48,370 nucleotides of DNA from Bdellovibrionota bacterium FG-2 (GCA_051382305.1 JBBCAV010000317.1:1-48370), one strand, 5' to 3'; counted from the first letter of the stretch, positions 19,320 to 30,012 are shown. Notes: a model not told the origin generated them from the letters alone. A program made the numbers and translations.

Positions 19320-20085
19320 GTTAGGGCCGTTGCCAATCCATACCTATGGCTTCTTGATTGCGGTGGGTTTCTTGGTCGCAGTTTACGTTATTAGAACTTT
19401 GGCGACTAAGACGGGGCAGGATGTAGAACGGGTTTTAGATCTCACTTTTTGGGGTTTACTCGTAGGCTTTCTGGGTTCACGTATTCTATTCGTGATCACG
19501 CGTCTTGACTCTTTCATTCAGGATCCAGTGGGTATTCTTCGTGTTTGGGAAGGAGGGCTTGTGTTCCTGGGTGGGCCGATAGCAGCCGTGCCCTTTGTGG
19601 CCTGGTATGTAAAAAAGCATAAGCTGCCGCTTTGGAAAACAATGGATACCTTGATTCCGGGTTTGGTTATTGCGCATATGTTTGGTCGTTTTGGGTGTCT
19701 TGCTGCGGGTTGCTGCTATGGGAAGCCGACGGGCACTAGTTTTGGGCTACGTTTTTATTCAGATATGGTCGACAAGTCCCTTCAGGGAATTCCTTTGCAC
19801 CCAACGCAGCTTTATGAAGCAAGCGCCCTTTTTGTGCTTTTTTTGGGACTGCTCTATGTGTATCGAAAAAAGTTTTTTGATGGCCAGGTTGTCTTGACAT
19901 ACTTCATGGTCTATCCGATTGTTCGGAGCATCATCGAAGCCTTTCGAGGGGATATGATTCGCGGATTTGTGATTGATGATGTTTTGTCTACGAGCCAGTT
20001 TCTATCGTTAATCATTTTTGTCATTGCCAGTGGTGTGCTCGTGTTTCGTCTTAAGAGTCGAGATAAAGGGGGGGCGAAAGAGTGA
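19300..20085 (+). CDS. lgt: Prolipoprotein diacylglyceryl transferase
   Basis: IHTYG, GGLVFLGG, GRFGCLAAGCCYG, HPTQLYE, EAFRGD. Confidence 0.95.
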   Translation: MYPLLVKLGPLPIHTYGFLIAVGFLVAVYVIRTLATKTGQDVERVLDLTFWGLLVGFLGSRILFVITRLDSFIQDPVGILRVWEGGLVFLGGPIAAVPFVAWYVKKHKLPLWKTMDTLIPGLVIAHMFGRFGCLAAGCCYGKPTGTSFGLRFYSDMVDKSLQGIPLHPTQLYEASALFVLFLGLLYVYRKKFFDGQVVLTYFMVYPIVRSIIEAFRGDMIRGFVIDDVLSTSQFLSLIIFVIASGVLVFRLKSRDKGGAKE

Positions 20086-20678
20086 GTGCGATCGTAATCT
20101 TTCTCTTTGCTTTTTTTTTGGGGACGATCCCTTTTCGGGTGATATTTGTGCGTTTCCTGGCGCCACAAAAAGCGATTCTCGTTTCATTCGTTTTTGATCT
20201 ACTAAAGGGCGCCTTGCCGATTGTCTTGATCACGGTTCCGGGGCTGCAGTCTGCCCGCGAAGCTCTTGCCAAGTTTGCGGATGGCACCTTTTTTGGGGTG
20301 AGCAGTGAGGGACATCCTCTTTTTCTTCATCTAACCGCTTTATTTGTTTATCTGGGGCACTGCTTTTCACCCTGGGTCAGTTTTCGGGGGGGGCGAGGTG
20401 TTGCGACCGCCTTGGGGTGTTTGCTCGTGATTTCTCCTGCCGCTTCAATTGCGGGTATTCTTGGATTTCTCCTTTCCTTCCTTTCTAATAGGATTGTTTC
20501 TCTGGCGACGTTGGTGGGGGCGGCGCTTGCGGCAGTGGCCTATCTCATTGTTGAACCCACCGGTATGGAACTAGGGGTTGATGTTGTATTCTTGTTGTTG
20601 TTTCTTTCTCGACATGAATCGAGCATTGACGCGCTGTTGGATGATAGAGAAAAGCCATTTGTGTGGAAGAGGCGTTAG
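20082..20678 (+). CDS. plsY: PlsY-like glycerol-3-phosphate acyltransferase lacking motif 1
   Basis: DLLKG, GHCFSPW..FRGGRGVAT, VSLA, RHESSI..LL. The GSGN.GATN loop is absent. Confidence 0.7.
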   Translation: MSAIVIFLFAFFLGTIPFRVIFVRFLAPQKAILVSFVFDLLKGALPIVLITVPGLQSAREALAKFADGTFFGVSSEGHPLFLHLTALFVYLGHCFSPWVSFRGGRGVATALGCLLVISPAASIAGILGFLLSFLSNRIVSLATLVGAALAAVAYLIVEPTGMELGVDVVFLLLFLSRHESSIDALLDDREKPFVWKRR

Positions 20679-21592
20679 TGTTTAATAGGGCGTTCCTTAG
20701 GGTTTTCGTTTTCTTTCTCTTTGTTTTGTTTGCTTCTTCACCGCCCTTGGCGTTTGCGCGTGAAGTGCTCGATGCGGTGGGAATGCGGGTTAAACTCCAG
20801 GAAAAACCTCTTCGTATTGTCACGCTTGCCCCGTCGTTAGGTGAGCTTGTTTCGGTTTTTCTGGGTGAAGACTTCACACGTCTGGTGGGCGTTTCTGAGT
20901 ATTCTGATGTTCCTCTGGCTTTAAATAAGATTGTGTCGGTGGGTCCTTATAATCGTTTTAATCTCGAGCGAGTGGTTTCCCTCAAGCCTGATCTTGTTCT
21001 CGCAACGAAAGATGGGAACCTCCCGGATCAGATTCAGCATTTGCGCGAGATGGGGCTTCCCGTGGTGGTCGTAAATACAGATGATTTCTCCGAGATTGGA
21101 AATTCGATTAGGCTGGTAGCGAGCTCGATGGGCAATCCTGTCGAAGGTGAACAAGTTGCATTGCAGTTCCTAGACTCCCTTAAGCGTTTTAGCGAGGCAG
21201 TGAAAAAGAGGCGAGCGACCCAGGTGAAACGCAAGGTGTTGCTTCAGTTGGGCGACGACCCGCTTGTGGTCGTGGGAGCTAAGATTTTTTTGCATCATGC
21301 AATTGAGCTTGTGAATGCTGAGAACATCTATGGTGACGCCAAGGATCGCTATCCCAGGCCTTCCAAAGAAGACGTCGTAAGGCGAAATCCTGATGTCATT
21401 CTTGTCCTAGCTTTAGGAGGCGGGACGGCACAGTTTGAAGCAATGGTTCGAAAGTGGGGAATCTTGGGCGGTTTGAACGCTGTGAAAAATGGCAGAGTTA
21501 AGGTCCTTCACGCGGATGCACTTCTTCGTCCTACCTTACGTTTTCTAGAAGGCGTTTCACTCTTGGAAAGGGCAGTCTATGAAGAAAAATAG
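20678..21592 (+). CDS. Cobalamin/Fe-siderophore ABC transporter substrate-binding protein (BtuF-like)
   Basis: RIVTLAPS, NLERVVSLKPDLV, NPDVIL, AVKNGRV, LLRP. Confidence 0.85.
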   Translation: MFNRAFLRVFVFFLFVLFASSPPLAFAREVLDAVGMRVKLQEKPLRIVTLAPSLGELVSVFLGEDFTRLVGVSEYSDVPLALNKIVSVGPYNRFNLERVVSLKPDLVLATKDGNLPDQIQHLREMGLPVVVVNTDDFSEIGNSIRLVASSMGNPVEGEQVALQFLDSLKRFSEAVKKRRATQVKRKVLLQLGDDPLVVVGAKIFLHHAIELVNAENIYGDAKDRYPRPSKEDVVRRNPDVILVLALGGGTAQFEAMVRKWGILGGLNAVKNGRVKVLHADALLRPTLRFLEGVSLLERAVYEEK

Positions 21593-22526
21593 TTTTGCCT
21601 TTGAGTGGATACTTGCGTTGTCGATCTTGATTGTTTCTTGCACGCTCGCATTGCGATTCGGAAGTGTTTTTGATGCAGACCCTGAGATCATCTATCAGTT
21701 GCGGCTCCCCCGGGTCTTGTTGGCCATTGCAGTCGGGATGGGCCTTTCGGTTGCCGGCGCCTGCCTTCAGGCTTTGTTTTCAAATCCGTTGTGTGAGCCC
21801 TACACTTTAGGGATTTCTTCGGGAGCCGCGCTCGGTGCCGTAATCGGGACTACCTTGGGTGGTTTTTGGGTGTTTTCTGGGCTCGCCATAACGGCGTTTA
21901 TCGGAGCTTTGGTTTTTACCGCGATTCTTTATTTTGTTTCGATTCGACCCGGAAATTCGGCGCTTACCCTTTTGCTTTCGGGGGTCATGATGGGTTTTTT
22001 TGGCTCGGGTTTGGTAGCCTTATGGATGGCTCTTGCGGATTCCAATGGAATTCAATCGGCCGTTTTGTGGCTTTTAGGCGATCTTTCGCGCGCGAGAATG
22101 GGGGGAGCGTGTGTGACGCTTCTATTTTCTCTGCTTTTTTCTGTAATTTTGTGGCTTCGCTCAAAGCAACTTGATGTGCTTTTGATGGGAGAAGAAGATG
22201 CGCGATCTTTGGGTATTGAAGTCTCCCATTTGCGTCGTCGTGTGATTTTCGTTGTTTCTCTGCTTGTTTCATTTTGTGTGAGTGCGTCCGGAATGATCGG
22301 TTTTTTGGGATTGTTGGTGCCACATCTCGTAAGAAGAAGGGTCGGAGCACTTCACGGCAAAATGCTGCCACTTTGCGCAGTTTGGGGTGCGACCCTGCTG
22401 GTGATTGCCGATATGCTCGCTCGGATTAGTGTGAGGCCTTTTGAATTGCCAGTGGGGGTCGTTACGGCCCTTGTCGGTGCGCCGGTGTTTCTATGGATTC
22501 TACTCAAAAGAGAGGCGTCCGTATGA
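21579..22526 (+). CDS. FecCD/BtuC-family ABC permease
   Basis: LRLPRV, NPLCEPYTLGISSGA, GEEDARSLG, IGFLGLLVPH, ELPVGVVTALVGAP. Confidence 0.92.
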   Translation: MKKNSFAFEWILALSILIVSCTLALRFGSVFDADPEIIYQLRLPRVLLAIAVGMGLSVAGACLQALFSNPLCEPYTLGISSGAALGAVIGTTLGGFWVFSGLAITAFIGALVFTAILYFVSIRPGNSALTLLLSGVMMGFFGSGLVALWMALADSNGIQSAVLWLLGDLSRARMGGACVTLLFSLLFSVILWLRSKQLDVLLMGEEDARSLGIEVSHLRRRVIFVVSLLVSFCVSASGMIGFLGLLVPHLVRRRVGALHGKMLPLCAVWGATLLVIADMLARISVRPFELPVGVVTALVGAPVFLWILLKREASV

Positions 22527-23350
22527 GCGTGAATAGCCCTCTTCTTGGCGTGTACGGTTTAAGTTATCGCTATCGGGCAGAGCGGGTGGTTTCGGACGTG
22601 TCTTTTGAAATCAAGGGCGGTGAAATCAACGGCGGTGAGATCCATGCGCTCATTGGTCCCAATGGCTCTGGAAAGTCGACGCTGTTGAAAGCAATTTGCG
22701 GCCTGCTTCCTTTCGGTTCGAACGCCCTTCAGGGGGTCGTTCGATTTCGAGGCCACGAGTTTCTGAGGCATTCAGCCGCTTTTCGATCTCGCGCGGTCGC
22801 TTATGTTGGTGCAGACTTGAAGACGGAATTTCCGGTCACTGCTTACCAGACCGTGGAAATGGGGTTTTCGTCCCTAGATGTTTCTCCTATTCATCAATCG
22901 ACCTCTCAAGAGCGCGAAACAATTCAGCGCGCGATGGAGCAATGTTTTTGCTGGGGATGGCGTGATCGATTGTTGTCCTCGCTCAGCGGTGGCGAGCGGC
23001 AGCTCGTTGCTTTTGCTCGGGCCTTGGTTCAAGGAGCGAAAATTGTTTTGTTGGATGAAACGTTGTCCAAAATGGACCTTCATCATCAGGCTCGTATTGG
23101 TGCATTGATGCGCAAACTTACTTTAGAGGGCCGTTCATTCGTCTTGGTTTCTCATGACTTGAATTTGGCCTCTGAATGGGCTGATTTTGGGTTAGTGATG
23201 ATGCAGGGTGATTTGGTATTTCATGGGCCGATACATAAAGCGATTAGTTCCGAGCGAATTTCAGAACTTTACCCGGGGGCCCAGCTTGTCGTCGCACCAA
23301 GTCCGGTTACGGGCACGCCTAAGGTTTTTTTCGATAAACAGAGGGGTTAG
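22523..23350 (+). CDS. ABC transporter ATP-binding subunit (FepC/BtuD-like)
   Basis: GPNGSGKS, LSGGERQ, LLDE, SHDLN. Confidence 0.92.
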   Translation: MSVNSPLLGVYGLSYRYRAERVVSDVSFEIKGGEINGGEIHALIGPNGSGKSTLLKAICGLLPFGSNALQGVVRFRGHEFLRHSAAFRSRAVAYVGADLKTEFPVTAYQTVEMGFSSLDVSPIHQSTSQERETIQRAMEQCFCWGWRDRLLSSLSGGERQLVAFARALVQGAKIVLLDETLSKMDLHHQARIGALMRKLTLEGRSFVLVSHDLNLASEWADFGLVMMQGDLVFHGPIHKAISSERISELYPGAQLVVAPSPVTGTPKVFFDKQRG

Positions 23351-23354
23351 GGAT

Positions 23355-24110
23355 ATGTCCGTTTTTATTACAGGAGCTTCAAGTGGAATTGGTGCAGCGT
23401 GCGCGAAAGCTTTCGCGGCGTTGGGGTATGATTTGATTTTAGCAGCCAGACGAGAAGATCGCTTGGGCGCGGTCGCGACTGAAATAAGGGGCCGATATCG
23501 GGTTGGAGTTGAGACTTTCGTTCTTGATGTTCGGAAGAGGAAAGCTGTGGATGGTTTGATTTCGGGCAATCTCCCTCTTTTCAAAGGGGTAGAAATTCTC
23601 GTTAATAACGCGGGACTGGCGAAGGGATTTTCTTCGTCTCAAACGGGTGATCCGGATGAGTGGGATTTGATGATTGATACGAATCTCAAGGGCTTGCTGT
23701 ATGTTTCTCGTCAGATGCTTCCGCTGCTCATAGAACGTGGCGCGGGCCATGTCATCAATATGGGTTCTGTGGCCGGGCGGTGGGCGTACTCCAAGGGAAA
23801 CGCCTATTGTGCTACTAAGGCAGCGGTAAAAAGTCTCTCCGAATCGATGCGCATTGATCTTCATGGGACAGGAGTCCGGGTCACGGAAATTGCCCCTGGA
23901 ATGGTCGAGACGGAGTTCGCAGAGGTGCGTTTTGGTGGAGACAAAGCGCAAGCAAAGCAGGTTTATCAGGGCCTAAAACCCCTGTCTGCGGAAGATATTG
24001 CGGAAGTCGTCGTGTGGAGCGCCCAGCGGCCGGCCCATGTAAATATTCAGGAGGTCGTTGTTTTCCCAACTGCGCAATCGAGTGTTCATTTGGTTGATCG
24101 ATCGAGATAG
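23355..24110 (+). CDS. Short-chain dehydrogenase, YdfG-like
   Basis: TGASSGIG, NNAG, YCATK, PGMVETEF, PAHVNI. Confidence 0.92.
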   Translation: MSVFITGASSGIGAACAKAFAALGYDLILAARREDRLGAVATEIRGRYRVGVETFVLDVRKRKAVDGLISGNLPLFKGVEILVNNAGLAKGFSSSQTGDPDEWDLMIDTNLKGLLYVSRQMLPLLIERGAGHVINMGSVAGRWAYSKGNAYCATKAAVKSLSESMRIDLHGTGVRVTEIAPGMVETEFAEVRFGGDKAQAKQVYQGLKPLSAEDIAEVVVWSAQRPAHVNIQEVVVFPTAQSSVHLVDRSR

Positions 24111-24790
24111 CGTTTTCGCTTTTTTTCTGGAAATCGTTCGATGGCGTAACGAAGCATAGTTCTTGGCATATGGGCAGAATGCTCTTTTAGAAACTTCTCC
24201 AGCAAGGCCTCGTCGCGCTTTCCCATTTCACGAAGCATCCAACCTACGGCTTTGTGAATGAGGTCATGGGGGTCATTGAGCAGAGTTCTTGCGATCCTAA
24301 GTGTGTCTGCGAAGTCGCCCTTTCTTATGAAAAAGAAGGTCGAAATAATCGCAATTCGTCTTTCCCAGAGGCCTTTGGATCGCGAAAATTTGTACAAAAG
24401 ATCTCTTTTCGCCTCAAAAAGACTGGAGCCCACAATTTGCGGTGCGGTCACATCCACGAGATCCCAGTTGTTAATGAAGCGCCGGTGTTTGATATAGAAA
24501 TCAAAGATTCGCTTTTGTGCTTTGGGTTCAGCCCGCTCAAATTGAAGGACCAAGATATAGAGAGCCAATGCCCGTTCCTCGTGAAAAGAAGATTTGATGA
24601 GCGGCCGAATTTGTTGAAGGGAAAAGGAGATATTCTTTTTGGCTATTTTTCGCAAGACGGGAACCGAAATCCCCAAAAACAAATCGCCTTCAGCATATTC
24701 GCCGGGTCCAGTTTTGAAGAAGCGCTGAAGGTGCTTCGCTTTTTCGGGGTCAGCGTGGGTTTGCAGTTCAAGACCGATCATGTCCCTCAT
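24086..24790 (-). CDS. DNA alkylation repair protein (AlkD-like); start uncertain
   Basis: FFKTGPGEYAEGD, NNWDLVD, DLIHKAVGWMLRE, MPRTMLRYAIE. Confidence 0.88.
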   Translation of the reverse strand: MRDMIGLELQTHADPEKAKHLQRFFKTGPGEYAEGDLFLGISVPVLRKIAKKNISFSLQQIRPLIKSSFHEERALALYILVLQFERAEPKAQKRIFDFYIKHRRFINNWDLVDVTAPQIVGSSLFEAKRDLLYKFSRSKGLWERRIAIISTFFFIRKGDFADTLRIARTLLNDPHDLIHKAVGWMLREMGKRDEALLEKFLKEHSAHMPRTMLRYAIERFPEKKRKRYLDRSTK

Positions 24791-24842
24791 TTTCGCATAG
24801 AAACTCCTTGGGAGAAATTGGGAAGTGTTATAAATCAGGCCC

Positions 24843-25736
24843 ATGGCGAAAATTTATGATTGTGTGGCTGAGCTTCCGTCCCAACTGCTGAGTACTTGTA
24901 GGCCTCAACCGTACCCTAAACAATTGCTTATGTGTTCTCCGGATTATTTTACGGTATGCGATGTCAAGAATCCTCATATGGAGGGGAAAATTGGTTCAGT
25001 GAACCGCAGTCTTGCCTTGGAGCAATGGCGAGTGTTGCGCTCTACTTTTGAAGATTGCGGCGCAAGGGTTGATCTCGTCGATCCTGTTCTGAGTTGTGAA
25101 GACATGGTCTTCTGCGCTAATCAGACTTTGGTGGGTTTAGATAGGGACGGTAATCGGTTGTGTATATTGAGCCAAATGAAACACCCCTCTCGGCAACGAG
25201 AGGTGGCGGCTTTTGCGAAGTGGTTTTCTGCAGACGGTTATCAGGTGAGAGCGCTTCCCAAGATCATCGGTTTCGAGGGCAGTGGCGACGCGATCTGGCA
25301 TCCGGGCCGCGCGCTTCTTTGGGGCGGGAGTGGTTTCAGAACGGAGGCTTCAGTTTACACGCACCTAAGCGAGTTTTTTGATGTGCCGGTGATTAGGCTT
25401 CCTCTTCGCTCGGATCGATTTTACCACTTGGACACCTGTTTTTGCGCAATCAACGAGGAAACGGCACTCGTTCATTCGCGCTCGCTAACCCATGAGGGGC
25501 TTGCGATGATTCGCGCTGTATTTTCCGATGTGATTGAATGCGATGATCATGAGGCCGCCGAGGGAATGGCTTGCAATGCCTGCGCTATTGGTGGCAATGC
25601 TGTCGTAATTCAGAAAGGAAATCCCAAGACGGTTTCCGCCCTTCGTCAGCGCGGATTCAAAGTCTACGAGGCCGAGACTTCTGAATACTTGAAGTCCGGT
25701 GGCAGCGTATTTTGCATGAAGATGTACGTTTTCTAA
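24843..25736 (+). CDS. Amidinotransferase / dimethylarginine dimethylaminohydrolase-family protein
   Basis: DMVFCAN, FEGSGD, FYHLDTCF, LKSGGSVFC. Confidence 0.9.
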   Translation: MAKIYDCVAELPSQLLSTCRPQPYPKQLLMCSPDYFTVCDVKNPHMEGKIGSVNRSLALEQWRVLRSTFEDCGARVDLVDPVLSCEDMVFCANQTLVGLDRDGNRLCILSQMKHPSRQREVAAFAKWFSADGYQVRALPKIIGFEGSGDAIWHPGRALLWGGSGFRTEASVYTHLSEFFDVPVIRLPLRSDRFYHLDTCFCAINEETALVHSRSLTHEGLAMIRAVFSDVIECDDHEAAEGMACNACAIGGNAVVIQKGNPKTVSALRQRGFKVYEAETSEYLKSGGSVFCMKMYVF

Positions 25737-25746
25737 AATCGCAAAA

Positions 25747-28700
25747 TCAAAGCCACTTCACTAGGTTCAGCGAAGACTCCATTTCTCGATGTGCGCCACG
25801 ATCATACTTCGGGACAATCCGTATTCCTAGCGCGTGCGGTCCCGACTCCGGGCAGGTAATTTCGGCATACCACGTGCTGGTTCCATCGGGTTGTACCTTC
25901 TCGTCGAGAGTCAAAGGTTTCATCGTGACTCTCTGAAACTCCTTGGGCGTATGTCCAGGAAAAGCTTTTCCCAGGACGGTCTGGATATGAATATCCTCAG
26001 CGTTGAGTTGGGGGTGGCTGATTTCCACCTCCACCCGTATCGGTTGATTGACGAGGACTTTTTCTTTTTCCAGCCCGTCGACTCGGATGTCGGTAAACGT
26101 GACAGATTCCCAGGCCTTCTGAAGACGGATGCGATAATTGCTAAGGGCGCGTAATTCCTTAAAGTCGTTAGCCCCATAAAAATCGGCGTCTTCAACGGCG
26201 GGTTGGTAGAGTCTCCGGTTATAATCTTCAAGCATGCGTGCAGATGAAAAACCGGGCACAATCGTCGCGATGGACTCCTTCATCATTTCAACCCAATCTA
26301 CTGGAACACCCTCTTCGTTTCGATCAAAGAACAGTGGAAACACTTCGTGTTCAAGAATGGCGTAAATGCGAGCACTGTCATATTCGTTCTGGAAGTCTGC
26401 GGGGTACTCCTGTTCCTCGTCTGCAATGATCCAACCGTTTTTGCCATTGTAAGACTCGGTCCACCAGCCATCTGAAACGCTAAGATTTAAACAGCCGTTG
26501 ACGCCGGCCTTCATTCCGGAGGTTCCACTGGCTTCAAGCGGTCGGGTAGGGGTATTAAGCCAAACATCACATCCAGCCACCATGAGCTGAGCGACACTTA
26601 AGTCGTAGTTCTCAGCAAAGATCACCTTTCCCTGGAAACCGGGTTGCCTGGAAATCTCAATCACGCGTTGAATCAATCCCTGCCCCAAGCCATCGGCGGG
26701 ATGGGCTTTCCCTGCAAAAAGGAACACAACAGGTTTGCCCATGTTGAGTAGTTCTTCAAGTTTCTTCATGTTGTGAAACAGAAGCGCCGCCCGTTTGTAA
26801 GGAGCAAAGCGCCGTGCAAAACCGATAATGAGCGGATCTTGATCCAAGTTAGCCTGGGCGAGAGCCAAATGATCCGGATCTTCGCGGCGGTTGCGGTAGG
26901 TCACGTCGATATGTTGTTTGAGCCAAGTGATCAGCCGAGACTTCGCCTGGACGTGAGTATCCCAAATCAACTTAGGTTCGAGATCCTTGACCTTTTCCCA
27001 AACTGCTTTGTCTGAAAGCTGAGAAGCCCACTTTGTTCCGAGATGCTTCGTAAAGACTTTTCGCCACTCGGGGGCAATCCAGGTTGGGACATGTACCCCA
27101 TTGGTGATACTGGTGACTGGCACTTCAAAGTCGTGGACTCCTGGGAAAAAATTCTTAAACATTTTTCTGGAAACGCGCCCGTGAATTTCACTTACGCCGT
27201 TTACGCGAATACTTCCGCGCAAACAAAGATGGGTCATGGAAAAGTCAGTGGAGGTTCCCGTAGATTTTGGATTGCCAAGGTTCATGATCGTGGGCCAACT
27301 CCGATGCAAGGATTCGGCAAATGGGGAGAGATAAGGTCGAATCACCTCTTCGGTGAACTTATCGTGTCCGGCCTCCACAGGAGTGTGGGTTGTGAAGATC
27401 GAAGTGTGTCGGACGTACTCCAGTGCTTCATCATAGCGAAGGTTTCGATCGGACATCAACTCGACGATTCGAGCAAGAACCAGGAAGGCACTATGTCCTT
27501 CATTCATGTGAAAAATCTTTGGTGAAACGTTAATGGCTTTGAGAAACTTTAGGCCTCCAATACCCAACACAAACTCCTGCCTGAGGCGATGTTCGTGATC
27601 TCCACCATAGAGGTTGTTAGTGATGGAGCGGTCTTCGGGGCGATTAGCTCCAAAATCCGTGTCCAGAACGTAGAGATTTATGCGGCCCACCGCTATTTTC
27701 CAGGCACGCGCGTAAACGGGCCGAAGCGGAAACGGAATGCTGACGACGACGGGTTGCCCGTTGTCGTGAGTTACAAGCTGCATCGGCTGAGAGTGAAAGT
27801 CGCTTTTTTCAAAAATAGCTTCTTGACGACCTTCTCGCGTGAGGTTCTGCCTAAAATAGCCCATGTGATAGGCCAATCCCACAGCACAAAGTGGGAGATT
27901 CAGGTCGCTTGCAGTTTTCAAAAGGTCGCCCGCAAGAATGCCCAGTCCTCCTGAGTACAGCTTAAGACAGGATGTGAGGCCAAATTCTGCGCAGAAAAAT
28001 GCAATTTCCGGAGTTTTGACTTTGGCGAGTCGCGCTTCCAGTCGCTCATGAAGGGATTCGACCTTATCAGTGAAGCTCTTGCTATTGGTGGCCTTTTCGA
28101 GTGTCTCTGTTTTCGCGTAATCTAAAAATACACTGGGGTTGTACCCTGTTCTTACCCATAGTTCAGGGTCCATTTTAGAAAATAGCTCGGTGACTTCAGG
28201 ATGCCAACTCCACCAGACGTTCTTGGAAAGGGATCTTAGCTTTTCAAGTTCTTCGGGAAGTTGATTAAGGACGACAAAGTTTCGAAGGCGAGTGTTAGGA
28301 TCAAATTTCTGGGTGGCTGCAGTCAGTGCAAGGCCTCGTTCACGTGCGGGCTCTAGGGTTGGTTTACCTGTTCGTTGGCTCGCTTTGGTGAGCGCAATTT
28401 CGTGACTCTTGAAATAGGACTTTCCCCAGAATTTCCAACGCGCTTGATGACTTAGGGCGAGCGCTGCTTCCGAGAGTTTTGCGCGAGTTTTTGGCGGGGT
28501 GAGGACGACAAACTTATATAAGTAGTCGGTTAGTTCTTTTACTGTTTCCTCTGCAGGGACATTTTTTCGTTTTAAAACGCCTACGCCTGTTTTCTCCCAG
28601 CCCCCGGTGTCTTTCGCCCAGTGACCAAAGCCTGCTAGGTCGGAAGTAATTGTGGGAACGCCAAAGGCGATACTTTCCATGGGTGTGTAGCCCCATGGCT

Positions 28701-30012
28701 CATAAAAGGAGGGAAATACCGAGAGATCCGCTGCAGCTAGAAACTCGTAGTAGCGCTCCTTAATTAGGGGATCGTTTCCGTCCAGATAAATGGGGATAAA
28801 TACGATATGGACGGAATCACTAGGCTGATTAAAGAGTTGCTTACCGGCCAGCGCCTGAAAAACGGGGTCGCGTACCTTGTCTCGAATGATGTGGGTGGCG
28901 TGAAATGGCGCGTGAGAAACGGGATTTCCTGAGGCTGCCTGTAGCAGTTCAGGTTTCGGTCCTAAATGTCCCGCGGGAAGCATAAGAAATGCGATGACCT
29001 TTTTTCCAGGTTCGCTTTTGAGACGCGTATTGAGTTCGGCGAGAGAATCAATGAATACGTCGACGCCCTTATTCCGGAACTCGTATCTCCCGGCGGTCAT
29101 TAGGAAACGAGTCGACTCGCGATTATATTTATCACCCGTCGTCCACTCGGCTAAATCGAAAAGTCGATTTCTTATTTTCTTGACGACGGTGGGCTGCGCG
29201 AGTTTCTCATCCTGAAACTCATCCCCGAGGGCATTCAAAAGAAGCATGTCGGGTTTACGATTTAGGATGTGGACACATTCTTCGGAAGTGACCGAACTCA
29301 CTGTCGTAAAACAGTCCGCAATGCGAGCAGCAATATTTTCCATCGAATGTTTGGAACTTACGCCGATTTCGTGGGCAAGTTGATTCATTTTCTCGGGGTC
29401 GCCGGGCTTAGAGAAGTCTTCATCCCGGCGATTAGCAGAGAGCGCCCGTCCGAGCATGGTGGCATGAGTCGTAAACACCGTCCCGACTTCTGGAGCCGCC
29501 GTACGAAGGTGAAGGATTGCAGCTGCAGCCATCCACTCATGGCAGTGAATGACGGCCGCTTCTCCTTTAGGTTTCATATGTTTATTGAAGAGGTTTTCAA
29601 CGACGATCCCTGCAGCTTGGGCGAAAAACACAGGCTCTAAATAGTCCCAGCCTCCATAAAGCGAGTGGAGATGATACTGCTCCCAGTACCTCGCTAGAAA
29701 CTGATCACGAGAGGCGTGGAGACTTTCGAAGTTTACGAGAATACAGCGCGGTTCTCCAGGGACCAGCCACCGCCCCATTTTACAACCAATGGGCAGCGAT
29801 GAAAGTGTCTCCATGAACTCGGCATTCCAAATCTCTTCTTTGAAAACCGGCACCGAGCCGGGAGCGCGCGGAATATCTGGGCCTATGGTGACATAAAGAT
29901 CATCATAATACTGATGCATCCGGTTGACTTTAGAGGCGAGAACCGTGTGGATTCCGCCGACCATGTTAGCGACTTCCCAGGAGACTTCAAACAGGTTGCG
30001 AGGAGTTTTCAT
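25747..30012 (-). CDS. Fusion of GT3-type glycogen synthase and GT35 alpha-glucan phosphorylase
   Basis: N-terminal half: FEVSWEVAN..GGI.TV, HEWM, GRYEFRNKG, PSFYEPWGYTP. C-terminal half: EFGL…YSGGLG.LAGD, HMNEGH, ARRFAPYKR, EASGTSGMK. One open 1421-aa frame. Confidence 0.9.
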   Translation of the reverse strand: MKTPRNLFEVSWEVANMVGGIHTVLASKVNRMHQYYDDLYVTIGPDIPRAPGSVPVFKEEIWNAEFMETLSSLPIGCKMGRWLVPGEPRCILVNFESLHASRDQFLARYWEQYHLHSLYGGWDYLEPVFFAQAAGIVVENLFNKHMKPKGEAAVIHCHEWMAAAAILHLRTAAPEVGTVFTTHATMLGRALSANRRDEDFSKPGDPEKMNQLAHEIGVSSKHSMENIAARIADCFTTVSSVTSEECVHILNRKPDMLLLNALGDEFQDEKLAQPTVVKKIRNRLFDLAEWTTGDKYNRESTRFLMTAGRYEFRNKGVDVFIDSLAELNTRLKSEPGKKVIAFLMLPAGHLGPKPELLQAASGNPVSHAPFHATHIIRDKVRDPVFQALAGKQLFNQPSDSVHIVFIPIYLDGNDPLIKERYYEFLAAADLSVFPSFYEPWGYTPMESIAFGVPTITSDLAGFGHWAKDTGGWEKTGVGVLKRKNVPAEETVKELTDYLYKFVVLTPPKTRAKLSEAALALSHQARWKFWGKSYFKSHEIALTKASQRTGKPTLEPARERGLALTAATQKFDPNTRLRNFVVLNQLPEELEKLRSLSKNVWWSWHPEVTELFSKMDPELWVRTGYNPSVFLDYAKTETLEKATNSKSFTDKVESLHERLEARLAKVKTPEIAFFCAEFGLTSCLKLYSGGLGILAGDLLKTASDLNLPLCAVGLAYHMGYFRQNLTREGRQEAIFEKSDFHSQPMQLVTHDNGQPVVVSIPFPLRPVYARAWKIAVGRINLYVLDTDFGANRPEDRSITNNLYGGDHEHRLRQEFVLGIGGLKFLKAINVSPKIFHMNEGHSAFLVLARIVELMSDRNLRYDEALEYVRHTSIFTTHTPVEAGHDKFTEEVIRPYLSPFAESLHRSWPTIMNLGNPKSTGTSTDFSMTHLCLRGSIRVNGVSEIHGRVSRKMFKNFFPGVHDFEVPVTSITNGVHVPTWIAPEWRKVFTKHLGTKWASQLSDKAVWEKVKDLEPKLIWDTHVQAKSRLITWLKQHIDVTYRNRREDPDHLALAQANLDQDPLIIGFARRFAPYKRAALLFHNMKKLEELLNMGKPVVFLFAGKAHPADGLGQGLIQRVIEISRQPGFQGKVIFAENYDLSVAQLMVAGCDVWLNTPTRPLEASGTSGMKAGVNGCLNLSVSDGWWTESYNGKNGWIIADEEQEYPADFQNEYDSARIYAILEHEVFPLFFDRNEEGVPVDWVEMMKESIATIVPGFSSARMLEDYNRRLYQPAVEDADFYGANDFKELRALSNYRIRLQKAWESVTFTDIRVDGLEKEKVLVNQPIRVEVEISHPQLNAEDIHIQTVLGKAFPGHTPKEFQRVTMKPLTLDEKVQPDGTSTWYAEITCPESGPHALGIRIVPKYDRGAHREMESSLNLVKWL

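Noticed and set aside
22607-22642. 15-bp in-frame tandem duplication (EIKGG-EINGG-EI) in the ABC ATPase
   Set aside because: Real but a minor slippage event before Walker A, with no evident function.
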